The notes beneath the pieces were generated by a model. It had not been told where the DNA came from, ran no database searches, and saw only the letters and a program-made list of their open reading frames with translations. DNA of 64,000 bases, taken from the NCBI GenBank assembly GCA_002269645.1, contig NIVC01000007.1, forward strand, positions 44,129 to 108,128, read 5' to 3'. Below are positions 10,807-23,138 of this stretch, piece by piece (within the stretch, counting starts at the first letter, position 1; every line of letters begins with the position of its first letter). This DNA is from Macrostomum lignano. Its lineage: Eukaryota. The position numbers were made by a program, and so were the translations under genes.

Positions 10807-13800
10807 TCAGGGCTTGCTTTTAGGAGTAACAAAACTGTATTTGTTGCTGGATGGCCAACTGCCAACAGCTTGTTGATGCTGCTGCTTCTGAACTGACATT
10901 GTCGCTCCATCTTGCGGAGCTGCAACTGTGGATGCGCTGGTCCTCTGCGGAGTTGACAGAGCTGCCGAGTTCCACTGGATAATGGCGGATTGACAATAAA
11001 TTTAGGAAATGTACATTTTTGCTGCATGGGGGGGAAGATATACAGATATATTCCGTCAGGTGGCTTCAGTCCCAGCATAGCCGGTTGGTCTGACTAAATT
11101 CTTTCCCAATACAGTGGAATTTATCTGGCAGACGGCTAACAGAGTAATATACCAATCTAGGAATCACAAGTCTTATCATGCAGCCATGGCTCCTGCAGAA
11201 AGGACTTTTTCACTACGAAGAGTTGGGGTATTGAAATTGCATTAGTCTAACAAATGTATTATTTCTTTTGACACTTCAATATACAAATTTAGAATGTCCC
11301 ATAACAGATGTATTTTCTCAAGTTTCTGACCAAATAAAGAAAGGCGAGGCTCCCAGATACTCAGTTGCTGGGCCAGCAGTCTGATTCTCTCTCTGACCCC
11401 TGACCATAATCAGAGAAGCCCTAGTCTGATTCTCTCTCTATCCCTTTCCTGACCAATCAGAGAAGCCCTAGTGTGATTCTCTCTCTATCCCTTTCCTGAC
11501 CAATCAGAGAAGCTCTAGTCTGACTCTCTCTCTATCCCTTTCCTGACCAATCAGAGAAGCTATAGTCTGATTCTCTTTCTACCCCTTTCCTGACCAATCA
11601 GAGAAGTCCTAGTCTGATTCTCTCTCTACCCCTTTCCTGACCAATCAGAGAAGCTCTAGTATGATTCTCTTTCTACCCCTTTCCTGACCAATCAGAGAAG
11701 TCCTAGTCTGATTCTCTCACTACCCCTTTCCTGACCAATCAGAGAAGCTCTAGTCTGATTCTCTTTCTACCCCTTTCCTGACCAATCAGAGAAGTCCTGT
11801 TCTGATTCTCTCTCTACCCCTTTCCTATTTAATCAGAGAAGCCCTAGTCTGATTCTCTCTCTCTCTTTAACCTTTCCTGACCAATCAGAGAAGTCCTAGT
11901 ATGATTCTCTCTACCTTTTCCTGACCAATCAGAGCAGTCAACAGATACTCACCTGTCCGAGAACTCGCACAACTTTCTTAGCCCGACACCGACAATTATT
12001 CAATTGCTCTTCAAACGGTCGCAAATAATCAATTAATTTTAATTGTTGAGCGCAGGTCTGTTCAAGCTGATAGGCTCGAGTCTGCCATTCCTCCCGAGCT
12101 TCCTGATGCCTGCGCTCGGCCGAGTCCAATTCCGATTCTGTCTGGCGCAGTCGTTGCAGCAATCGTTCGGCCTCTGATTCCGATTTGGCGGCACGTTTAC
12201 GCTCGGAGCTGACTGCGGAGCGAAGCTCGGACAGCTGAGCGGCCGTGTCGGCTGCGGCCGCCTGCTGGCGACGGTCCAGCTGGGCCTGTGCGGACTGAAG
12301 GCGACGGATAGGTGCAGTTGAGTAGAGTAGTGGTTGTGGCTCAGCTCACGCAATCACGCATGAAGACAGTGAAAATATGAAGACACGAAGCAGGAAGACA
12401 TAAAAATAGGAAGATATAAAGACACAAAGACACGAAGACATGAAGATAGGAAGATTGGAAGACATGAAAATATAAAGACACGAAGATAAGAAGACATGAA
12501 GATATCAAGACAGGAAGACAGGAAGACATGAAGATAGGAAGACATGAAGATAGGAAGACATGAAGACAGGAAGACATGAAGACAGGAAGACATGAAGATA
12601 GGAAGACATGAAGGTAGGAAGACATGAAGATAGGAAGACATGAAGACATGAAGATAGGAAGACATGAAGACATGAAGATAGGAAGACATGAAGGTAGGAA
12701 GACATGAAGATAGGAAGACACGAAGACACATGAGATTAAACTTCATCTCATAGAGATATCATACACCGGTAATTTTAGCTTTGAGCTACGAGCTATAAAA
12801 GCGGCAAATGAAAACTAGTGAAACAGAAAGATCTGTATAGTGAGCTGCAACAAAGCAGAGAAACTGAGCCGAACCTTGAGCTGATCTTTGAGCACGGCAA
12901 CCTGCTCCTGCAGGTCGGCCAGCATCTCCTTGGCAGCGGACTGGGCCTGCTCAAACCCGGCCACCCGCCGACGCTCCTCAACCAGCCGACGCTCCGTCTC
13001 GTTAGTCGTTGAATTCGCCGATTCTAAAAGTCGATTTTTCTCCGCCTCCACGGCGGTCAGCCGGTCTTTCGCTGAGCGGGCCTCCCGCGAGTGGGACTCG
13101 GCCTCAGCTACGGCTCGGCTGAGGCGGACATCCATCTCGCGCACAGACTGCTCGCGCTCGGCGGCCAGGCGCTCAGCTTCGCGACATCGGCTGAGCAGCT
13201 GGCGTTTCTCAGCCTCGGCGGCGGCTGTCTGGCGTCGTTGAAGCTCGGCTAGAGACGATTCGGCGCGCGCGGCGCGTTGTTCAGCATCGGCGGCGCGCTT
13301 CTCGGCGAGTTTTATGGCGTCGTTGGCGCGCTTCTCGGCGAGTTTTATGGCGTCGTTGGCGCGCTGCTCGGCGCTGGTGGCAGCGCTAGCAGCGGATTCT
13401 GAGGTGGCCGATAATTTAGAATCCGCCTCGGCTAAAGCGGCTTCAAGGCGTTGGATCTCCTGCATAATTAATTGGGACTCGCGATGAAAATAATGCGCTC
13501 CACAAAGTTATTTACGCTACATATCGGCGCCTGATTTTTTCCAGAGGTTTTCCAATTGCTAGTTTTGAATTTTTTAACTTTAAGTCGGAAAATGTATTTT
13601 TTATTCTTTAAAACTGTCAGAAAAAATGGTCTTACAAAGTATATTACGCTACATATCGGTAAACATCCAGTGTCTAGATCTTGCCAAAAATTGAATGCAA
13701 GAATTTAACAGTTGACAGAAAATTTAGCTGAAATAAATCTTTTTTGAAAAAAAATAGTAGTTAAAGGACCATCCCAATACTTTGTTTACATTCATTTACG

Positions 13801-14680
13801 GCACTTCAAAAAGCGCTACAGAAAGTATTTTACGCTACATATCGGCGCCGAGCTAAATTTTTTAATTTAGCGAAAAAGCAGGCAAATAGTTAAACAGGCT
13901 AGACTGCTTATATGGACTAGATTAGAATAAAATTTTTAAGTTGTTCAAAACCACTTTTACAAAGTAATATAAGCTACATATCGGCACCTAGTCTAATTAT
14001 AAACTCACCGCTTTAGCTTCTTCAAGCGCCTCTCCCTTTTCCAGCTTCTCGTCTAAGTAGCGGTCCGTTCGCTTTTGCAATTCTTTTTTCTCTTCGCGCA
14101 CGAAGGCCACCCGCTCCTCGGCGGTGACCAGCTTGCAGCGGAGCGCCTCCTCGCGCTCCCGGCCGGCGCGCAGCTGATCAAGCAGGTCGCCAATCTCGCC
14201 GGTGAGTCGGGCCAGAGACTCGGCAGTTGAACTGTCGCTGCCACGACAGTCAGATTCGGTCTGGACAGATGCGGCAGCCACAGAGGCAGCGGCAGCCGAG
14301 TGAAAGGACGAAGAGCACTGCGACGCGGCGTCCTCGTTGCCAGACGTTCGACGAGAATTGGCGGCGGACAGCAGGCTGTCCAGCTGTCGCATGAGATGCT
14401 CGTTCTCCTTGGCTAAGTACGAATGCCGACTGTTGGTGGCGGCAGCAGCTGAGGAGGCTGCGGTTGAAGTTGAGGACGAAGCCCGGGCCTCAAGCATGGC
14501 GTTTCGTTCGCGCAGGGACGCGATGGTGAGCCGGCAGTCGGCGTGCTCAGTCTGCAGCTTGGCGTGGCTGGCCCGCAGCTCGGCCAGTTTGCGCTTGTGC
14601 TGCTTCAGCTTGTTGCTAACCGCTGCTGATGACGAAGCTGAACTGGAACTGTTTCCCTGCTGAGACTTTGGACTGCGCAT
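10807..14680 (-). CDS. Long coiled-coil protein, 4 predicted exons (14680-14009, 13459-12875, 12294-11953, 10974-10807)
   Basis: Heptad-rich ORFs joined by phase-0 GT-AG junctions. The motif QQLKLIDYL followed by basic residues resembles the Citron/sticky QQTKLIDFL segment, but no kinase domain is seen. The last exon is the least certain. Confidence 0.7.
11380..11935. repeat. 47-bp tandem repeat in the last intron of the coiled-coil gene
   Basis: About 11 units of CTGACCAATCAGAGAAGCTCTAGTCTGATTCTCTCTCTACCCCTTTC. Confidence 0.9.
12360..12732. repeat. 8/16-bp purine-rich minisatellite (CATGAAGATAGGAAGA)
   Basis: Direct reading; source of the spurious MSSCL ORFs. Confidence 0.9.
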
Positions 14681-14834
14681 TGTGTATGGCTTGGGCTTGG
14701 AATTTAGCTGTAAATTTTGTTTAAACTCGTATTTTTAATTACCTGGCAATGATAAAGTCAGCGCCGCTGCGTACGCCTTCATTTCTGATGAAAACAGTAC
14801 TTAGGCAACACAGGTAAATTAAGAAAGAATTGAC

Positions 14835-15230
14835 TCCAAACGACGAGGCGTCAGGGTCGCAAGTCATTAAAAAATCGCCAAAGAGTCAATTTGAGGCCTT
14901 TAATAAATCTTTTTCTGCGACTCTGTGATGACTTTGGGATGACACAAGTGACTGTGGGGTGCTTTTATAATGACTCTAGGCCTATAGAGTCATGTTCGAG
15001 GCACTTTTATAATCACTGAGTTGATTGGCATTGTCACTTCATGAATTATAATCAAATTTCGCAATTAGTCTACTTAAGTTAGAAAATTAGGTGCTAACAC
15101 AATAACTCTTAAGAAGACAATTTTTGCAACCCTTTTACAATTCTGCAATTGTGTCCCAACAGTACGCCTCTACATCATATTAAAAAGTGAAAAGAGTTGC
15201 CCCAGAGTCGCTAGAGTCACTAGAGAGTTG
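14835..15230. mobile_element. Degenerate member(s) of the GAGTC-terminus MITE family
   Basis: AAGTCATTAAAAAATCGCCAAAGAGTCAATTTGA near 14860 is close to the reverse complement of TCAAATTGACTCTTAGGCGAATCTTTGACGACTT near 45009. GCCCCAGAGTCGCT lies near 15200. Confidence 0.4.
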
Positions 15231-15260
15231 CTTGCAGCGACACTAGCTACTTCTGATCAC

Positions 15261-17950
15261 GGGTGGCAACGAGACCACGTTCCCGATGCGCCCGCACCCT
15301 TTCGAGGGTGGCGAAGTGTCTCAATTTTCCCGGATGCTGCGAAGTAAGCCCAGGTCCTCGCCGACGCCCCCGAGGTCCTTGCTGGGGCGTCGGCGAGGAC
15401 CTTGGCTCTGATCACCTGCCAATACAGTTCTTGATCTGCGATTGCGCCCTGGAGGCCTGTTGCGCCGCCCTTTAAGAGAGGGAGATCACCCCATCAGCAG
15501 CCAACATAACTGACTAGAACGGAGCCCGCATCTCGCTATACAAGACCATTGCCACTGCAAAGCGAGAGCATTGGGAGAACACCTGCGAGTGGCTAAACAT
15601 CGGCTCGGACCTCTTCCGCCTCGCCCAGAAGCTCCGCGGCGACGCCGCCCCGCCCTGATCCAGTGCAACCATCCAAAACACCTCGAAACGCGGAGCCACT
15701 CACAAAGCTGTCACCGATTGTGAGAAAGCCGATCTAATTGTCGATATTTACGCCAGCGAGTCCCAGCTTGAGCCCGCCACCAGCGAGAGAAACATCCGTA
15801 CCGAAGCAAACAACTACCTGCGCAGCTGCCTCCGGGCACCCCTCAGCGATGCCGAGTGCGACTTCTCCCTGGCTGAGCTGTGCGCCGCCATCAGCCGGCT
15901 CAAAACCGGCAAGAGCGCTGGCCTGGACGGAATCGCCAATGAAATGATCAAACAGCTCCCGCCAGACACCGAAGCCTGTCTCCTCGACTTGATTAATTGT
16001 ACCTGGCGTGGCGACCCCATCTTTGCCAGGTGGTGCCGCGCTACGATCGTGCCGATCCCGAAGAAGGGTAAGGACCCAAGCAATCCAACTTTGTACCACC
16101 CAATCACGCTCACCAGCTGTATTGCAAAGACTGCAGAGTGGCTCATCCAGCAGCGTCTCAGTGTCTGGCTTGAACAGCACCATCGGCTTACCCCTGAACA
16201 AGCCGGCTTTCGCTCTGGCCGCAGCACGGAAGAGGTGCTAGCCCACGTCTGCCAATCGATTTTTGACAGCCTTGAAGCCAGCCCTGCCCTCCACTTGGCC
16301 CTTGTGCTGCTGAACTTTAAACGAGTATATAACTGGGTCTGGCTCCAGGCTCTTTGCATCAAACTATGCAATGCAGGAGTCCCAGCGCGCTTCATGCTGT
16401 GGATCTTCAGATTCCTCTATGACAGGCGTGCCGCCATCTGCTGGAACTCAGCCATAGCAGCAAGTGCATTTTCTCGGAGGGACTACCACAGGGAAGCGTC
16501 ATCGCCCCACTTCTCTGGCTGCTCTACATTAATGACCTACTTGCTGCGGTGCTGCGCGCCAGCCCCAGCTGCGGCATCAATCTCTACGTGGATGACAGCA
16601 GCTTCACAGCCATTCATCAACAGCTCCGGGGGTGCACTGCCATTTTCCAGCCCGCCATTGCCACTGTGGTGGAATGGTGCAAGATCTGGAAAGTACTTCT
16701 CAGCTAGAAGTGCAAGTACGGTACTTTCATCCTCAGCCCAGCTGAGTGCAACAGCAAACTCCACCTTCTGCTTACTATCAACGGCCACGAGCTTGCCTTC
16801 AATCTTTATCCTAGGCTGCTCGGCATGACTCTCGATTGCCAGCTCAACTTTAGTCAGCATGGGCAAGAGGTCTGCCATTGCATGGCTCAACACCACAGAG
16901 CCTTGGCGCCTTGCAAGCCATCTACCTTGCCACTATCCAAGCCTGCGCAGACTATGGCAGTGCCATATGGCTAATAGGCGCGGCACCAAACACTAGGCAC
17001 ACCATCGAACAGCAACAAACTATCTGCGCGCATTTTATCACTATCACTGGCTGCTGCAGTTCCACCCCCAACCACCTGACACTCCAACTGGCGAACCTGC
17101 CACCTGTGGGCAACATTGCCATCAAGCGAGCTGCCTCCCTGTTTAAATGCATCTCCAGGCTACTCCCAGACTGCCCAGCTTTTGCCACCAGCACACGGCG
17201 GACATGACCGCGACTCAAAAACTGGAGCTTTGACCCGTCCCCAGCGTGGGAAGCGAGGTCCCTAATGACCGCGGCAACCTCAACTGCTCCCATAAGTTCC
17301 AAGGGTGCTGCATTGTGCTGCCACTGAGCTGTCCATCTATGCCACGCTGCAGCACCTTGGATGGGAAAACATGCCTAGACCTACCCCCTAGAGACTGCAA
17401 CGGCGGCCCTAAAACTTTTGACCTCACTGAAATGCGCATCCACTGCTTTGCCCCTTAGTGGCTAGGGCCAAAGCTGCAACCGTCAGTCCTACCAACTACG
17501 ACGCCATTGCCTGGACCAATAAGTCAACCGCCAGCGGCACTAAGAATAACAGCAGTGCTGCTGTCATCTGCATTGGCAATGCCACTACTATCATCTGCAA
17601 GCTGGCTGGCGCACTCTGCAGCAGCTTTTAGGCTGAGCTAGTTAATATCCATGCTATGCTGGAATACCTCCTTGCAAACCAACCCACGCTTTCCGCACAG
17701 TCGCCATTGCCATGGACAGCTTGAGTGCCCTGATGGCCCATGAATAAGCTCCCTTGGGCAAGCCACTGCCACTAGAGAAGTCTGTTGGCAATTCCTAGCC
17801 AACAGCAGCACTGCCGTCACTTTCATTTGGGTGCCAGGCCATGCAAGAATTGACAGCAACGACACAATAGACACTGCTACTGCCGAGGCTGCTATCCTGC
17901 CACAAGCCTTCGCTGCCATCAGCCTCTAGACAGTATGTACCACAATCTAC
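15261..17950 (+). mobile_element. Decayed non-LTR retrotransposon with RNase H (I/Ingi-like); pseudogenised
   Basis: APE C-terminus GEDLGSDHLPI; RT motifs KSAGLDGIANEMIK, IVPIPKKGKDP, PITLTSCIAK and QAGFRSGRST. RNase H remnants SSF*AEL, AMDSLSAL and FIWVPGHA lie at about 17500-17880. Many stops and frameshifts; the 3' end is approximate. Confidence 0.85.
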
Positions 17951-20499
17951 CAAGATTGTTGCACTCTCAATACTCAGGTCCTAGTCCCTCCATTTTGCCC
18001 AACCAAGCCAGGCTACAGCAGGGAGGATTTCATTGCCACGAACCTGTTCCATGCTAGTGTTAGTACCCTCTGCGCTATCATCTGCAGATAATTATACTTA
18101 ATTATAGTTAGTCTTGCCATTTAACCAAAAACTGCAATATACCATGATACCACCTGCTTTGACTCTAGCCATAATATGACACCAGAAAATTCCGAAATTG
18201 CAATGGATGTTAGATAACTTCTGTCCACTTATTCCAATAGGGCTAACCAAAATTGGCTAAAAATAAAGATAACAAAAATTGCAAACAATCATACAAGTAG
18301 GTCTAATAAAATATATATACATATAAGGGGAACTAGTATACAATACTACTATGCTATATTATAGGGCCTAGGTATAGTTCAAGTCTAAGACTAAGCCTAT
18401 GATAGCATGGGTGCTAGTCACTTTATCAATTGGCATTTTATCAGATGGTTGACAAAGTGACTATTTGGCAGGGGTAACAGTATTTGCAATTGACAGTGTC
18501 CTCATTTTTAATTTATAGTTTTTTTGGTGCCAAATGTTTATAGAGAATTGAGCTTTATATGAGATATTTTATTTGTGATTTAAAAAAATTAATTTTCACA
18601 GATTAATTAGTTAATAGTTTATTATTAAATTTTATCATTCTTTTTAAACAACCTTTTTACTTTGTTATAATTCAATGTTGAATTTTGAATTTTAATTTAA
18701 TTAGGCCAAATTTAGACAATTTAAACATATATCTTTATTAGGGTATATATTTTGAAAAGAATATCGGCTTATCAATATAGTATAAGGCCTATTGCACTTC
18801 AAAATTAATTAACCTACTTTACCTGCTTCATTCATATTTAAAGAGAGTTTAATAGAACAATTCTTTCTTAGTATAGATATAGCCTTAACATATATTATAC
18901 AAAATATTGCATTGTATATAGACCTCTATAGGTGGTATCAATTGATATATGATTATGTATATAACCATAGGCCCAGTCAACAAAGTGATAGTGATTACCA
19001 TTTTAAGTGTCACAATTGGAAATTGACAAAGTGACAATGTTTAAAGGGCAATTGATTTGCTAGTTGATAAAATGACCTAAGGCCTAAGGGAAATAGCTTC
19101 TCAGTTGACAAAATGCTAGTTGACAATTTGACTAGGATTCAATGACCCTAGGCCTATATATACAAAAAGAAATTTAATTTTAATTAGGGCCTAGGTCTAG
19201 CCCTAGGATAGGCCTCTATAAACTAAAGAAGATATAATATTCAACATATGCCCTAATTAATTATCTTTGTCATTTAGACAATGTCAATGTCATTAACATA
19301 ACAACCATGTCAACCAGACATTGAAGTCTATAAAAGCAAGCCCAAAAATTAAAAAAAAATTAAATTAGGCCTATGTGATTTTAGTTTTTAATTTGACTTG
19401 AATTTTTGCCTAAGCCTTATGCCCTTAGGCCTACACCTAGGCCTACTATACTTAAAGTTGAAGCCTTGAAGGGGCCTAGCCTTATTTTTAGGTCATCAAA
19501 TTTTTTAAATAATTGCCATTGGTTATATTATTCAATAAATATAGGCTCTAGGCCCTAGTTAATATATTCATTAGGGGCCTAACATTATTTTTACTTTAGT
19601 TCCTTGTTCTTTCTTTTTCTTGAACTTCTAATCTCAATCTAGAGTCTAGACTCTCTAGTATGAAAATAAAATGAAGTTAGGCCTAGCTTTCAGACAAACT
19701 AGGTACAAAATTGTTTTTTTTTTCTGTGATCATTTGGCCTATTTCTGTAAAAGCATCTGCTTGGACTCTACTTACACTTACACCCAAAATTTTAATTATT
19801 TTGGGACTTTACAAGACTTTCCTGCCCATGCGGCCGTCCCTTAACTAAATATAGTACTTTTTTAATGTGCCTTAGAGCATTGACTATGCCTAAGACTAAG
19901 AGGCTAAGAACTTATTAACTGGACTGCACCGAGCGATAATATGAAGGAATGCAAATGCTGCAACAAAAACACATCCGTCACGTCGCCTATTCGACGTTGC
20001 ACGATCATTAAGCAAAGAATTAAATCAAATTAAATTAAATTTAGTGCCCCAAAGCAAAACACGAATACGCGATGTTGGCGAAAGCGAAAGCAGTAACGAG
20101 GCCTCTTTATTTATATTTTAATGATTAAAAGAATAAGGATAAAAGAAGAAGAAAAAAAAGAACTGCGCGAAAACACTGCCAACTCAGCAGCGCGGCTGGA
20201 GTAAAATACCCCCCCCGCCGGCGGAGGGGTGGGCGCCCACCTAAACAACACAGAACGTACACACGCGGCGGGGGGGGGCGCACCACAGACGCAGCGTGCT
20301 TGGGCACTAAAGCCGGTTTGCTCAAGGCAAGCCTAGCGCAAACCGCAGCCTTAGTGCCCCAAAGCAAAACACGAATACGCGATGTTGGCGAAAGCGAAAG
20401 CAGTAACGAGGCCTCCAAAGCCAAAGCAACAACGGGAAAGCGCGCGAAAGAAAAAAAAAACATAGAAGGAAACGGAACATCGAAAAGCTGATGCCAACG

Positions 20500-21558
20500 T
20501 CAAACGAGGGATCCCACACCTCTAGCAAACACGACGGAAGCTGCCAAGCCCTGCTGCGACTGCGGGAGATACCGCTGCACTGAGTCGCTCTTCCAGTCAC
20601 CGATCCGCATGATGTCGGGCACCGGCACACCCAACACCGAGGCCCAGGTCGCGCCGCCACGGCGGAGGCTGTGGGCTGAGAAGTGCTCACGCCTGAAGCC
20701 CGCAGCCCCTAGCTTGTCCGCTAGGAAGCGATCGAGCTGCCTGCCCGTCAGCAGCCGCTGGTTGCCTCCGGCGTCGCGATAAGTGAACAGAGGCGCATCA
20801 GCCGATTGCAGATTATTGAATCTTGCGTGCTGCTCGATTGCTAACACCGGGCACAGCGACGTCCGCCTCACTAGCCTTGGTAGAAGCACCTGGTGCACCC
20901 GCTCTTTGAACTGGAGAGTCTTCCCTTGCTCCAGGCGCAAGATCAGACCTCGCGGGTGTCGAAAGATGTCAGCGCAGCGCACACGTGCCGGACCTTTTCC
21001 CGAAGTCGGCAGCACGCTGGATTTTCGGAGCATGCCCCACCAACAGCAGATGGTGACTGCCCAGCATGCCAGCTGAAGCCCATCAGAACGACTGACTCGC
21101 TGATGAATCTCCGACAACATGAGCGGCGATACTGGTCGTTTTCTCGACACCCGAAGTCCCAGCTCTCGCTTGGCGCCTCGCAGGAGGAGAGTCGTGGCGG
21201 CATGCTTCGTCAGGTCTGGTGCAGAGTTGATGCGAAACCAAACGGACAGCGAGCTGGCGACAGAAGCAACGCTGCCGTACGCACGCAAACGCGTCCCGAC
21301 TAGGCTGGCCAGGTAGTCGAGCAGGCTGTTCAGCGGACAGGATACAGGACTGCAGCGGGTCTGCTTGCAGTAAGCTAGCCACTCACGGATGTGCCTTGCC
21401 ACCGCCTGCCTTGACCGTGGTGCATAAGAGACGCCTAGCAGCGACGCGGCCCGGCGGCTGAGAGAGTCTGGCGCAGCTGGACGGCCTGAAAATGAAGAAA
21501 GTGGGCAGAGGCAGGGCAGAAAGCATGTCGATGCATTGATTGCAAAGCAAACGGGCAC
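20500..21558 (-). CDS. Tyrosine recombinase of the Ngaro element
   Basis: Catalytic set intact: MLRKS (R), SAHSLRRGGAT (H-x2-R), GDW and VQRY (Y). The listed start is GTG; the first ATG lies deep inside the domain. Confidence 0.92.
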   Translation of the reverse strand: MPVCFAINASTCFLPCLCPLSSFSGRPAAPDSLSRRAASLLGVSYAPRSRQAVARHIREWLAYCKQTRCSPVSCPLNSLLDYLASLVGTRLRAYGSVASVASSLSVWFRINSAPDLTKHAATTLLLRGAKRELGLRVSRKRPVSPLMLSEIHQRVSRSDGLQLACWAVTICCWWGMLRKSSVLPTSGKGPARVRCADIFRHPRGLILRLEQGKTLQFKERVHQVLLPRLVRRTSLCPVLAIEQHARFNNLQSADAPLFTYRDAGGNQRLLTGRQLDRFLADKLGAAGFRREHFSAHSLRRGGATWASVLGVPVPDIMRIGDWKSDSVQRYLPQSQQGLAASVVFARGVGSLV

Positions 21559-23093
21559 AAGTTGCCATAGCAGCGAAATAAAAAATTAATCAACTGACTG
21601 CGCTCGTGCAACCGAGACGCTGCATCGGCGAGAATTTGAAACTCTCCCGGCACATGAAAGGCTCGCACACTCAAACCATGCCGTAAGGACATCAACGCAA
21701 TCGTTTGCAGTAGCCTCTGCACGACAGGACACCTCGAAGTGCCATTATTGATAATATGACAGGCCGCCATGTTGTCACAATAAACGCTAACTTTACAGCC
21801 TTTCAGCTCTTCCCTCCAGCGCAGGATTGACAGCAAAGGAGCCACCGCCTCTTTGTAGTTGATTGGCAGATCAGCGAACACTCCGGCCCCATCCTGGCTC
21901 CAATTGATGTAGCACCAGTCCCAACTGCCATCTGACCTTCGAAGCACCGCTGCCCCGCCTCTTCCACATGCATCGGACTCGATTGCCACATGGTTCTTGA
22001 AAACAGGCCAAAGCTCCACCCACCGGGCCGACTCCAGCGCTACAATCCACCAGCTGAATTGGTCACAGAGCTGTAAGCTGACTTTAATTCTCTCGTCAGG
22101 CCGCATAGCGTTGCACACTTCGATCAGATCACGCAGAAAAGTTTTTCCTTTGCGAATCACCTGTGCTGCCCAGCCAAGCTTGCCGATCAAGCGTTGCAAA
22201 GCCCGCTTGCTGATCCTGGTTTTGCTCCTTTCAGTTGCTAACAACTCAGCGAGGTTCCTCGCCTTCTCCTCGGGCAACCTCTTGATGCCGGCCACTGTAT
22301 CGAACTCGACACCAAGGAAGGTCATGCGCTGAGTTGGTGTCTGACACTTTGCCCAGTTTACAGTGAAGCCCAGCCGCGTCAACAGGCCTGTCAGCTCGTC
22401 GTAAAACCGCTGGCATTCGTCACGCGAGCCCGCGAAGGCGAAATCGTCCAGGTAGGACTCGGTGCCCACAAAGCCTCTGCGCACCATCATTAAACGCACA
22501 GCATTGCTAAGATGGTGAAAACAGGTAACAGAAGCTGCAGCGCCGAACGGCAAACGGGTGTCATACATGTAGGTGGCTGCCTTGGACTCGCCGAAGCGGA
22601 ACTTGATCCCTGTCCGGCTGAAATCATCGGGGTGAACACCACAGGCGCGGTACGCTTCGCTGAGATCCACCTTAGTCATAAAGCAGCCTCTAGAAAGCTT
22701 CCTCGCAAAGTTGTCGGCACACGTGAAGCGCAGCCTCTCCTGGCTGACCCATCTGGAGTTCACAGAGTTATTCACGGGCCGACTGCAGTCGTGAATCAGG
22801 CGCACACGGCCACCAACCTTGGGCAAGGCTCCGAGAGCACTGACCACTTGCGGACGCCAGCCGGTCGGGCACTCGCGATACCTGCCACACCCGAGCTCCT
22901 TCTTAATCTGCTTTTCCACAGCCTCGAAATGAACATTGACAGAATGGTAGTTGTTAACATCAATTGACTTGCAGTCAGAAACAGTTTTGTTAGTTATACG
23001 AAAACCATATGCAACACCATCGAGAATAAACTTCTTCCGATCCATAGGCAAATCAATACACAACAGCTCCTTCTCCCACTCCACGAACCTCAA
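21435..23093 (-). CDS. Reverse transcriptase / RNase H of the Ngaro element
   Basis: RLIHDCS, KVDLSEAYR, RLPFG, YLDDF and FLGVEFD; RNase H motifs ESDAC, NYKEA, YCDN and ADAASR. The listed start is TTG. Confidence 0.95.
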   Translation of the reverse strand: MRFVEWEKELLCIDLPMDRKKFILDGVAYGFRITNKTVSDCKSIDVNNYHSVNVHFEAVEKQIKKELGCGRYRECPTGWRPQVVSALGALPKVGGRVRLIHDCSRPVNNSVNSRWVSQERLRFTCADNFARKLSRGCFMTKVDLSEAYRACGVHPDDFSRTGIKFRFGESKAATYMYDTRLPFGAAASVTCFHHLSNAVRLMMVRRGFVGTESYLDDFAFAGSRDECQRFYDELTGLLTRLGFTVNWAKCQTPTQRMTFLGVEFDTVAGIKRLPEEKARNLAELLATERSKTRISKRALQRLIGKLGWAAQVIRKGKTFLRDLIEVCNAMRPDERIKVSLQLCDQFSWWIVALESARWVELWPVFKNHVAIESDACGRGGAAVLRRSDGSWDWCYINWSQDGAGVFADLPINYKEAVAPLLSILRWREELKGCKVSVYCDNMAACHIINNGTSRCPVVQRLLQTIALMSLRHGLSVRAFHVPGEFQILADAASRLHERSQLINFLFRCYGNLCPFALQSMHRHAFCPASAHFLHFQAVQLRQTLSAAGPRRC

Positions 23094-23138
23094 ATCTGTA
23101 GATAAAATGGGGACGTTAAAATCACTACGGGCACTCAG

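Noticed and set aside
13502-13988. CRISPR interpretation of the box-and-spacer pattern
   Set aside because: Eukaryotic intron, no cas genes, spacers too long and variable, boxes not identical. Kept only as an unexplained motif cluster. Its 10-nt match to the Gypsy LTR start (TGTAGCGTAA) is treated as coincidence.
14708-14785. Possible upstream exon (ATG AAG GCG...CCA G|GT) with a 35-nt intron ahead of the coiled-coil gene
   Set aside because: The spliced product is out of frame with the main ORF and stops early; at most a uORF or 5' UTR exon.
18000-19920. AT-rich tract with recurrent CCTAGG and TTGACAAA motifs
   Set aside because: No ORF, period or clear termini could be defined by eye; probably decayed repeats.
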